From an uncultured beta proteobacterium (GTDB lineage Bacteria > Pseudomonadota > Gammaproteobacteria > Burkholderiales > Burkholderiaceae_F): a DNA stretch of 64,000 nt. Below are positions 55,406-64,000 of the stretch, in pieces (within the stretch, counting starts at the first letter, position 1; each line of letters opens with the position of its first letter). The notes beneath the pieces were generated by a model, which saw nothing but the letters and a program-made list of their open reading frames with translations, had not been told where the DNA came from and made no database searches. Position numbers and translations under genes: made by a program. The DNA lies in the NCBI GenBank assembly GCA_963710675.1, contig CAVQBE010000015.1, positions 82,487 to 146,486 of the forward strand. The letters are read 5' to 3'.

Positions 55406-56617
55406 TCAGTACGGAAAGTGCCCGAGCCGGTGGTATACGTGTATTCGATTTCGACCGTGAACACGAATCCCATTCGAAGCATGCAGTCCGATGCCGCCGG
55501 TCGTGAAATCGCTGGAGTTCGAAGCTTCCTTCAGCGTATACACGGTCGTAGGCGCATCCGCGTACGCGACCGCTTGATCGGCGGCGCGGCTGTGCATGCG
55601 GCGCTGTTCGAATCGCAAGCTCGGCGTTAGTGTAAACGCGCCCAGCGGAACGTCGTAGCTGGCGCGCAATCCGGCAAGGACCGAATCATCGTTGACGATG
55701 ATCTCGCCATACGTCAGCGCAGACATTGCGCTGCCGGCTTCGGTGTAGCCGTCCAGCCGGCTATGCACGCGCTCAAATCGGCCATACGGTATGAGCGTGA
55801 ATCCCTTCAACTGAAGCACGCCGCTTACGCCGAGAGAGCCAAACAGCTGCGATCCCGATCGCTCGCCGGCCAGCATCACAGTATCAAGCTGAGCCCAGCG
55901 CGAAGCGTCGTAGGAGAGCCGCCCGTAACCTGCCATCGCATCAATGAATACACCCTTGGTCGGTGCAAACGAACCGTAGAGAGTCCCGTTCTGTGCCTCA
56001 CCCTTGCTGCGTGATCCATTCGGATCGACGTCCGTCGAATCGTGGCCGTAGCCGAGCGTTGCACCGACCACCAAGCCGTCGCGCACTTTCGCATCGATGC
56101 CTAGCGTCAGACCCGACGTGCGGAAGTCACTACGGTCAGCTGCGGAGCTGGGGCGCAGGAAGCCGAAGTCGATGTTGCCGCCCGCCCACACCGCGAAGAG
56201 ACGGTCGCAACCGGAACGCTTCGCATCCGTCTTGTCATCCGCACTCGCGGGTGCCGCTGCACCCTTATCAGTGTCGCTGCCCTCGGATTTTTCCCAACGG
56301 ATATTCGTGCTGATGCCAATGTCGGTCGAACATGGGTCGTGACCTGCATGCAGCATCTGCATGCGCGAATTCACGTTTGTTATCTGTGCCGAACCGAACC
56401 GCGTCGCGGCCGTAATCTGTGCCGTACTAACACCGCGAACCGAAGGATCGAGCGTCGGGTCGGGCCGCATCTCGATGACGATCGTTTGCACCAGCGTGCC
56501 CGAAGCGCCGTTGGCATCAGTCACTGTGATCGTGAAGGTGTAAGTTCCGCCCGCAGTCGGCGTGCCGCTCAAAGCGCCCGTTGCCGGGTTAAGTGCCAGC
56601 CCGATTGGCAAGCGCAC
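55406..56617 (-). CDS. autotransporter beta-barrel translocator fragment
   Basis: The last He_PIG module is followed by a linker and a barrel of alternating beta strands (FAVWAGGNIDFGF, GLTLGIDAKV, GATLGYGH, GTLYGSFA, FIDAMAGYGRLSY...). The last 25 or so literal codons are out of frame. Confidence 0.8.
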   Translation of the reverse strand: MRLPIGLALNPATGALSGTPTAGGTYTFTITVTDANGASGTLVQTIVIEMRPDPTLDPSVRGVSTAQITAATRFGSAQITNVNSRMQMLHAGHDPCSTDIGISTNIRWEKSEGSDTDKGAAAPASADDKTDAKRSGCDRLFAVWAGGNIDFGFLRPSSAADRSDFRTSGLTLGIDAKVRDGLVVGATLGYGHDSTDVDPNGSRSKGEAQNGTLYGSFAPTKGVFIDAMAGYGRLSYDASRWAQLDTVMLAGERSGSQLFGSLGVSGVLQLKGFTLIPYGRFERVHSRLDGYTEAGSAMSALTYGEIIVNDDSVLAGLRASYDVPLGAFTLTPSLRFEQRRMHSRAADQAVAYADAPTTVYTLKEASNSSDFTTGGIGLHASNGIRVHGRNRIHVYHRLGHFPY

Positions 56618-59600
56618 CGGCGGTCAGGCTGAATGTGTAAGGCGCGGTGCCGCCGGTGACATTGATGCCGTGGTTGTAGCCGCTTCCGACTCTTCCGTTC
56701 GTGAGGTCCGACGTCAAGATCAATGCCGCAGGCGCCACTGTCATCGTGTAGACACGGTCAACGGTAAATCCGGCAGCGTCGGTGACCCTGACGGTGAACG
56801 TGAACGGTCCGGCAACGGTCGGCGACCCGGACAGAAGTCCGGTCGTCGCATTCAGCGTCAGCCCGGCGGGCAGTGTACCGGCACTGATTGCTGAATGCAT
56901 AAGGACTCGTCCCGCCTGAAGCACTAATCGTCTGACTGTATGCACTGCCTACAACGGCATTCGGCAGCGTGGGCGGAGCCGACCACGAGGGTAGCCGCGA
57001 CCGTTAACGCGTAAGCGCGTTGTCCAGTGGCACCGACGCCATCGGTCGCCGTGATCGTGAAGTTCGACGTCGCAGCCGTCGTTGGCGTGCCAGAGATCAC
57101 ACCGGTGGCCGCATTCAGCGTGAGACCCGCAGGCAGGCTGCCGGCCGACACAGTGAAAACGTAAGAACCATTGCCACCTGTCGCGACTACGGTCTGCGAG
57201 TACGCCGCGCCGAGCATCGCCGTTGGCAGCGTCGCTGGATTTACCGCAATGGCCGCGTTGACCGTGACGCTGTACGCACGTGCGCCAGTAGCACCCAGGC
57301 CATCGGTCGCCGTAATCGTGAAGTTGCTAGTCGCTGCGGTAGTTGGCGTTCCGGTGATCGCACCCGTCGCAGCATTCAGCGCAAGACCCGCTGGCAGACT
57401 GCCGGCAGAGACACTGAACGTATACGAACCATTGCCACCCGTGGCACTGACTGTCTGCGCGTACGCAGTGCCCAGCGTTCCACTCGGCAGCGTCGCCGGG
57501 TTCACGATCATCGCTGCATTGATCGTTACGCTGTACGCACGTGCGCCGGTGGCACCAAGACCATCGGTTGCAGTGATCGTGAAGTTGCGAGGTCGCTGCC
57601 GTGGTCGGCGTGCCGGTGATCGCGCCGGTGGCAGCGTTCAACGTCAAAGCCCGGCTGGCAAACTGCCGGCAGAAACACTGAACGTATATGAACCATTGCC
57701 ACCCGTGGCACTGACGGTCTGTGAGTAAGCGACTCCGACCGTTCCATTCGGCAACGTCGCCGGGTTAACGGCGACGCCAGCATTCATCGTCACCGAGTAA
57801 GCACGCGAACCGGTCGCACCCGAGCCATCGGTGGCAGTGATCGTGAAGTTGCTGGTCGCTGCCGTCGTCGGTGTGCCGGTAATTGCACCGGTGGCCGCAT
57901 TCAGCGAAAGACCCGCCGGCAAGCTGCCCGCAGAAACACTGAACGTATATGAACCCGTGCCGCCCGTTGCACTGACCGTCTGTGAGTACGCAACTCCGAC
58001 CGTTCCGTTCGGCAATGTCGCTGGATTCACGGTGATCGCCTGCATTGATCGTGACGCTGTAAGCACGCGCACCGGTAGCACCGAGACCATCGGTTGCGGT
58101 GATCGTGAAGTTGCTGGTCGCTGCCGTGGTCGGTGTTCCGGTGATCGCACCCGTGGCCGCATTCAACGACAGTCCCGCTGGCAAGCTGCCGGCAGAAACA
58201 CTGAACGTATATGAACCCGTTGCCACCCGTTGCACTGACCGTCTGCGAGTAGGCAATTCCGACCGTTCCATTCGGCAACGTCGCCGGATTCACGGTGATC
58301 GCCGCATTGATCGTCACGGCGTAAGCACGCGCACCGGTCGCACCCAGACCATCGGTTGCGGTGATCGTGAAGTTGCTGGTGGCTGCCGTGGTCGGTGTAC
58401 CGGTGATCGCACCCGTGGCTGCATTCAGCGACAGTCCCGCTGGCAAGCTGCCGGCAGAGACACTGAATGTATACGAACCATTGCCGCCCGTTGCACTGAC
58501 TGTTTGTGAGTAGGCAGACTCCGACAGTGCCGTTTGGCAACGTTGCTGGATTGACGGCGATCGCCGCGTTCATCGTGACCGCAGTAGGCACGCGCGCCGG
58601 TGGCACCAAGACCATCGGTTGCGGTAATCGTGAAGTTGCTGGTCGCTGCGGTGGTTGGGGTACCGGTGATCGCACCCGTGGCCGCATTCAGCGAAAGTCC
58701 CGCCGGCAAGCTGCCTACAGAGACACTGAACGTATATGAGCCGTTGCCACCGGTCGCACTCACTGTTTGCTAGTACGCAGATTCCGACGGTGCCGTTCGG
58801 CAACGTCGCCGGGTTCACGGTGATCGCCGCATTGATCGTGACGCTGTAAGCACGCGCGCCAGTAGCACCGAGACCATCGGTCGCGGTGATCGTGAAGTTG
58901 CTGGTCGCTGCGGTGGTTGGTGTACCGGTGATCGCACCCGTGGCCGCATTCAGCGACAGTCCTGCCGGCAGACTGCCCACAGAGACACTGAATGTATAAG
59001 AGCCGTTGCCGCCCGTGGCACTGACCGTTTGTGAGTAGGCGACGCCGACAGTTCCATTCGGCAACGTCGCTGGATTAACGGCAACACCGGCATTCATCGT
59101 GACCGCAGTAAGCACGCGCAGCCGGTAGCACCCAAGCCATCGGTTGCGGTGATCGTGAAGTTCGCTGGTCGCTGCTGTGGTTGGTGTGCCTGTGATCGCA
59201 CCAGTAGCTGCATTGAGCGACAGTCCCGCCGGCAAACTGCCCAGCGGAGACACTGAACGTATATGAGCCGGTGCCACCGGTAGCACTCACCGTTTGCGAG
59301 TACGCAACTCCGACCGTGCCATTCGGCAGCGTCGCCGGGTTCACGGTGATCGCCGCGTTGATCGTGACGCTGTAAGCACGTGCACCGGTAGCACCGAGAC
59401 CATCGGTCGCGGTGATCGTGAAGTTCGATGGTCGCTGCAGTAGTTGGCGTTCCGGTGATCGCACCCGTGGCTGGCATTCAGCGACAGTCCTGCCGGCAAG
59501 CTGCCTGCAGAAACACTGAACGTATATGAGCCAGTGCCGCCCGTTGCACTGACCGTCTGTGAGTAGGCGACTCCGACCGTGCCGTTCGGCAGCGTCGCTG

Positions 59601-61700
59601 GATTAACGGTGATCGCTGGATTGATCGTCACGCTGTACGCCCGCGCACCGGTCGCACCGAGACCATCTGTCGCGGTGATAGTGAAGTTGCGATGTCGCTG
59701 CGGTCGTCGGCGTACCGGTGATCGCACCGGTAGCTGCATTCAGCGAAAGCCCCGCCGGCAAGCTGCCCACCGAAACAGCTGAACGTATACGAGCCAGTGC
59801 CACCCGTGGCACTGACTGTCTGTGAGTACGCGACACCGACTGTTCCATTCGGCAACGTCGCCGGGTTCACGGTGATCGCCGGCGTTGATCGTGACGCTGT
59901 AGGCACGTGCAGCCGGTAGCACCGAGGCCGTCAGTTGCAGTGATCGTGAAGTTGCTAGTCGCCGCCGTTGTCGGTGTGCCGGTGATCGCACCCGTTGCCG
60001 CATTCAATGACAGCCCTGCCGGCAAACTGCCGACCGAGACACTAAACGTATATGAGCCGTTGCCACCCGTTGCACTGACCGTCTGTGAGTAGGCGACTCC
60101 GACCGTTCCGTTCGGCAACGTCGCCGGATTGACGGTGATAGCCGCATTGATGGTCACCGCATAAGCACGTGCGCCCGTTGCACCAAGACCATCGGTCGCT
60201 GTGATCGTGAAGTTGGAAGTCGCTGCGGTGGTCGGCGTACCGGTAATGGCCCCGGTGGCCGCATTTAACGACAGCCCGCTGGCAAGCTGCCCGCAGACAC
60301 ACTGAATGTGTATGAACCATCTCCACCCGTTGCTGAGACATTCTGCGAGTACGCAGTTCCGACGGTGCCGTTCGGCAACGTCGCCGGGTTTACGGTGATC
60401 GCGGCGTTGATCGTGACGCTGTAGGCACGTGCGCCCGTCGCACCCAAGCCATCAGTTGCCGTGATCGTGAAGTTGCTCGTCGCCGCAGTTGTCGGCGTTC
60501 CGGTGATTGCACCAGTGGCCGCGTTCAGCGAAAGCCCTGCCGGCAAGCTGCCGGCGGAAACGCTGAACGTATACGAGCCGTTGCCACCGGTGGCGCTGAC
60601 GGTCTGCGAATAGGCAACACCCACTGTGCCATTCGGCAGCGTCGCCGGATTCACTGTTATAGCGGCGTTGATCGTGACGGCATAAGCACGTGCGCCAGTA
60701 GCACCGAGACCATCGGTCGCCGTGATTGTGAAGTTGCTGGTCGCCGCTGTCGTCGGTGTGCCGGTGATCGCACCGGTTGCAGCATTCAGCGACAACCCTG
60801 CCGGCAGACTGCCTGCAGAGACACTGAACGTATACGAACCAGTGCCGCCAGTGGCACTGACTGTCTGTGAGTACGCAACACCGACCGTTCCATTGGGCAA
60901 CGTTGCTGGGTTCACGGTGATGGCAGCATTGATGGTGACGGCATAAGCGCGCGCGCCGGTGGCACCCAGACCATCGGTTGCCGTGATCGTGAAGTTGGAA
61001 GTCGCTGCGGTGGTCGGCGTGCCGGTGATGGCACCCGTGGCCGCATTCAACGACAAGCCCTGCTGGCAGACTGCCGGCCGAGACGCTGAACGTATACGAA
61101 CCCGTGCCACCAGTCGCACTAACGGTTTGCGAGTACGCAGTTCCGACGGTGCCGTTCGGCAGCGTCGCGGGATTTACGGTGATCGCTGCGTTGATGGTGA
61201 CGGCATAAGCACGTGCACCCGTAGCACCCAGACCATCGGTCGCCGTGATCGTAAAGTTCGATGTGGCTGCAGTGGTCGGCAGTACCGGTAATCGCACCGG
61301 TGGCTGCATTCAGTGAAAGCCCCGCCGGCAAGGTGCCTGCGGAGACGCTGAACGTATACGAGCCAGTGCCACCCGTTGCGCTGACTGGTCTGCGAGTAGG
61401 CGACACCCACTGTGCCATTGGGCAACGTCGCCGGATTGACAGTGATCGCCGGATTGATCGTGACGCTGTAAGCGCGCGCGTTGCTGGCACCGAGACCATC
61501 GGTTGCCGTGATCGTGAAGTTCGAAGTCGCGGCAGTGGTTGGCGTGCCGGTAATCGCACCCGTGGCCGCATTCAGCGACAGCCCTGCCGGCAGACTGCCT
61601 GCAGAGACACTGAACGTGTAAGAGCCATTGCCACCGGTGGCACTGACGGTTTGCGAGTAAGCAGTGCCGACCGTGCCGTTCGGCAGCGTTGCCGGGTTGA
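56560..61700 (-). repeat. tandem array of 261-bp (87-codon) coding repeats
   Basis: The landmark TTCGGCAA recurs at 57747 and 58008 (261 nt apart), then at 58271 (263 nt, i.e. with indels). The unit encodes [28 protein letters not shown](N/T)[53 protein letters not shown](S/A)VTIN. I estimate 18-20 near-identical copies by length, not by exact count. Confidence 0.85.
60265..61119 (-). CDS. longest uninterrupted run of the adhesin repeats (about 3 units)
   Basis: 284-aa ORF containing three consecutive intact 87-aa He_PIG units. Confidence 0.7.
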   Translation of the reverse strand: MRLVARVRIRSASRPAVCQQGLSLNAATGAITGTPTTAATSNFTITATDGLGATGARAYAVTINAAITVNPATLPNGTVGVAYSQTVSATGGTGSYTFSVSAGSLPAGLSLNAATGAITGTPTTAATSNFTITATDGLGATGARAYAVTINAAITVNPATLPNGTVGVAYSQTVSATGGNGSYTFSVSAGSLPAGLSLNAATGAITGTPTTAATSNFTITATDGLGATGARAYSVTINAAITVNPATLPNGTVGTAYSQNVSATGGDGSYTFSVSAGSLPAGCR

Positions 61701-62346
61701 CGGTAATCGCGGACGCGCTGGTTGTCCCGGAGTAGGCCCGTGAACCCGTCGAATCCGCGGCGTCGATTGCGCTGATCGTGAAGCTGAATGCACCGGCCGT
61801 CGTTGGTGTTCCGCTGATCACGCCGGTAGAGGCATTCAGCGTTAACCCCGCGGGTAATGCTCCGGCCGAGACGCTGTATGTATACGGTCCCAGGCCGCCC
61901 GACGCGGTGATCGCCTGGTTGTACGGCGTGCCGACCGTTGGATTTGGAACGCTTACCGGTGCAATCGTCAACGTAGTGCAGGTTCCTGCGGGACCCGCGG
62001 TGACATTGATCGCTAGTCGATCGTTGCCGACAAAAGTCGCGACGATGGGCGATGCCGAAGAGTCGGTAATGGTGATGATCTGACGATTGTTTCCATTGGC
62101 TTCATTACAGCTGATTGCACCGGTGAGCGTGCCACCGGCTGACATCGTCAGGTTGTTCGGAATGTCGATCGGTGCGACGAGTGCGAACGTATACGGCGCG
62201 GTGCCGCCGGTAACCGTGATCGTGTGGCTGTACGCAACGCCGCGCTGCGCTGACGGCAAGCTCTGCTCAATCGTCAAGCCGTTGACGGTCGCTATAGCGA
62301 ACGCCGGACCAGCGATCAAGGCCATGAGCAACAACAGCGCTCGCAC
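61174..62346 (-). CDS. adhesin N-terminal fragment with signal peptide
   Basis: [17 protein letters not shown] signal, two divergent He_PIG modules ([21 protein letters not shown]; [33 protein letters not shown]), then the first near-identical units. Sense is lost near 61380. Confidence 0.8.
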   Translation of the reverse strand: MRALLLLMALIAGPAFAIATVNGLTIEQSLPSAQRGVAYSHTITVTGGTAPYTFALVAPIDIPNNLTMSAGGTLTGAISCNEANGNNRQIITITDSSASPIVATFVGNDRLAINVTAGPAGTCTTLTIAPVSVPNPTVGTPYNQAITASGGLGPYTYSVSAGALPAGLTLNASTGVISGTPTTAGAFSFTISAIDAADSTGSRAYSGTTSASAITVNPATLPNGTVGTAYSQTVSATGGNGSYTFSVSAGSLPAGLSLNAATGAITGTPTTAATSNFTITATDGLGASNARAYSVTINPAITVNPATLPNGTVGVAYSQTSQRNGWHWLVYVQRLRRHLAGGAFTECSHRCDYRYCRPLQPHRTLRSRRPMVWVLRVHVLMPSPSTQRSP

Positions 62347-62656
62347 GTATCCATCGCATCAAGCCGCGACGCGTAGACCGCCGCGCCTTGACCAGGCACA
62401 TCGCTTTGCTTTCGATCGTGAGTCGCCGCGGCCTGCGCTGCGCCGCTACCTTCCGTGTGCATCAAATCCCCACAGCAAGCGGTACTTGCTGCCCTCGTAG
62501 TTGCTGATGTGCCATGCGGCTAAGCGCCACATGGCATTCAGGGAAGGGATTTTTTCAGTGAGGAGGGAAGCGCAATCGAGGCCGCTTCCAGAGGTTTAGT
62601 GCCCTATTCGTGGGATGCGTCAGCGCACTTCCTACAAGATCGCGTACGACAAAAAC

Positions 62657-64000
62657 CTACTCAGCGCCAGCGCCGTGGGACGCAGGCGTTTCATCACAAA
62701 TCTCTTCGTGATGGTGCGATCCCAGCCAACGCCCAAGCGCCTGCTCCATCAGCGTGTACATCGTCGGCACGACGTAGAGCGTCAGCAACGTTCCGAACGT
62801 CAGTCCGCCAACGATCACCCATCCGATCTGAATCCGGCTCTCTGCGCCTGCGCCGGATGACAGCGCCAGCGGAACGGCACCGAGCACCATGGCGCCGGTC
62901 GTCATCAAAATCGGCCGCAGCCGCAACACCGCCGATTGACGGACCGCGTCGAACAATTGCTCGCCACGCTCCTGCAACTGGTTGGCGAACTCGACGATCA
63001 AAATCCCGTGCTTTGTAATCAACCCGATCAACGTGATCATGCCGATCTGGCTGTAGATGTTCCAGGTTCCCCCGGTCATCCATAGGGCGAACAGCGCACC
63101 GGCCGCGGACAGCGGTACCGACAGCAAGATGACGAACGGGTCGGCAAAGCTCTCGAACTGCGCAGCGAGCACCAGGTAGATAAAGATCAACGCGAGCACC
63201 AAGGTCAGATAAAAGCCGCCGCTCGAATCACGAAACTCCCGTGACTGGCCGTTCAGATCGGTCAGGGCATCGGGCGGCAGCACCCGGCGCGCGGTCTCAT
63301 CCATCATTCTCAATGCGTCGCCGATCGTATAGCCGGGCGCAAGGTTGGCGGTGATCGTGACTGCGCGCAACCGCTGAAAGTGGTTCAACGAGGATGGCGA
63401 AACGCCCTCGAGCACGGTGACCACATTGGCCAACTGAACCATCGAACCGTCGCGTGCCCTTACGTAAATATCGCTGATGTCGTTCGGTCGGCTTCGATCG
63501 CGCGGTGCCACCTGCACGATCACATCGTATTGCTCGCCGTCTTTCTTGAAGCGTGTGATCTGGCTGCCACCCAGCATCGTCTGCAACGTGCGGCCGACCG
63601 CTTCGACGGGAATTCCGAGATCCCCTAGCTTGTCGCGATTGACATCGACCCTTAATTCGGGGGTGTTCAGACGAAGATCGGACTGGGGATTTTGCAGCAT
63701 CCCGGTTTTCGAAATTTCGGCGATGAACTGTGCCGCGATGTCGTCAAGTTCTGTGTAGGGCACCTGAGCCATGATGACGTACTCGACCGGCAGAGAGCGG
63801 AAGGACTGCCCGAGCGACGGCGGGTTGACGGCAAAGCCGATGATGCCGGGCAGATTCTGAAATTGCTGGTTCAACTCGCGGGCGATGTCCTGTTGCTTGC
63901 GCGTGCGTTCTTCCCATGGCTTAAGGCGCAGCACGCCGGTGCCGAAGTCGACCGACGGAAACCCTGCGATTGCGTTGTAGGCCGAAGCCTCGGGAATCTT
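62657..64000 (-). CDS. RND efflux transporter permease (AcrB/MdtB-like), C-terminal part; the gene continues beyond the window
   Basis: ...FAVNPPSLGQ...; TM7-12 region FYLTLVLALIFIYLVLAAQFESFADPFVILLSVPLS...ITLIGLITKHGILIVEFAN...RLRPILMTTGAMVLGAVPLAL. Open at the window edge. Confidence 0.9.
   Translation of the reverse strand, partial: KIPEASAYNAIAGFPSVDFGTGVLRLKPWEERTRKQQDIARELNQQFQNLPGIIGFAVNPPSLGQSFRSLPVEYVIMAQVPYTELDDIAAQFIAEISKTGMLQNPQSDLRLNTPELRVDVNRDKLGDLGIPVEAVGRTLQTMLGGSQITRFKKDGEQYDVIVQVAPRDRSRPNDISDIYVRARDGSMVQLANVVTVLEGVSPSSLNHFQRLRAVTITANLAPGYTIGDALRMMDETARRVLPPDALTDLNGQSREFRDSSGGFYLTLVLALIFIYLVLAAQFESFADPFVILLSVPLSAAGALFALWMTGGTWNIYSQIGMITLIGLITKHGILIVEFANQLQERGEQLFDAVRQSAVLRLRPILMTTGAMVLGAVPLALSSGAGAESRIQIGWVIVGGLTFGTLLTLYVVPTMYTLMEQALGRWLGSHHHEEICDETPASHGAGAE

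Larger units (their letters stand above)
55372..62346 (-). pseudogene. giant autotransporter adhesin: signal peptide, about 24 He_PIG (putative Ig) modules, C-terminal beta-barrel; interrupted by many frame breaks
   Basis: The N-terminal ORF starts [17 protein letters not shown]. Sense-making He_PIG sequence hops between all three minus-strand frames down to the barrel ORF. After a last shift the gene ends ...TFRTETTRALLRAAF, stop at 55372-55374. Confidence 0.75.

Noticed and set aside
56560-61700. Regularly spaced repeats that could be mistaken for a CRISPR array
   Set aside because: The period is 261 bp with no unique spacers. The whole unit is repeated and encodes an 87-aa Ig-like (He_PIG) module on the minus strand. 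No cas genes are in the window.
57020-62500. Many plus-strand ORFs of 60-200 aa across the repeat array (e.g. 57171-57728, 57831-58214, 60722-60946)
   Set aside because: They are mirror-frame ORFs antisense to the adhesin repeats, kept open by high GC and by repetition. Their translations are low-complexity ([30 protein letters not shown]...) and they break wherever the sense strand has indels.

Overview
This is a high-GC proteobacterial chromosomal window. The gene order yebC-purD, hemF-nadD-rsfS-rlmH-maf-rng, plus dnaE, gltX and dnaQ, looks Betaproteobacteria/Burkholderiales-like; that is inference only. I saw no transposase, integrase, phage gene or CRISPR array.

Layout:
- 0-12 kb: intact housekeeping genes.
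- 12.2-12.8 kb: an ORF-free gap filled by two inverted extended-hairpin elements of about 180 nt each.
- 12.8-19.9 kb: an LPS-core / lipid A export locus with an msbA-like gene, a GT9, an O-antigen-ligase-like gene, a GT25 and two GT2 genes.
- 19.9-29.4 kb: dnaE, then accessory genes (DUF4124, Hsp70-like, SMP-30-like lipoprotein, GNAT, FAD oxidase, methyltransferase).
- 29.4-31.8 kb: a visibly lower-GC islet next to tRNA-Glu/tRNA-Ala carrying a Sel1-repeat protein and an orphan type IV pilin.
- 32-34 kb: a TetR-controlled VOC/PNPOx/cupin operon.
- 34.2-37.5 kb: gltX, then a cytoplasmic gingipain/caspase-like (clan CD) protein translationally coupled to a 98-aa ORF. This pair is my best candidate for an undescribed system.
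- 37.6-42 kb: an eptA-PAP2-two-component lipid A modification module.
- 42-55 kb: an antiporter-like gene, a MASE1-like kinase with a LuxR-type regulator, crcB, a MacAB-like ABC efflux set, ICMT, an AlgH-like protein with a Tat-type signal, usp with an FNR-type box, tRNA-Val, an acyl-CoA synthetase and dnaQ.
- 55.4-62.3 kb: a roughly 7-kb autotransporter gene made of about 18-20 near-identical 261-bp He_PIG-type repeats.
- 62.7-64 kb: the 3' part of an RND pump gene.

Major caveat: many conserved genes are split by single-nucleotide frame breaks, including the essential dnaE and gltX. Several breaks sit at short homopolymer runs. Consensus or assembly error is therefore the default explanation, ahead of real pseudogenisation.
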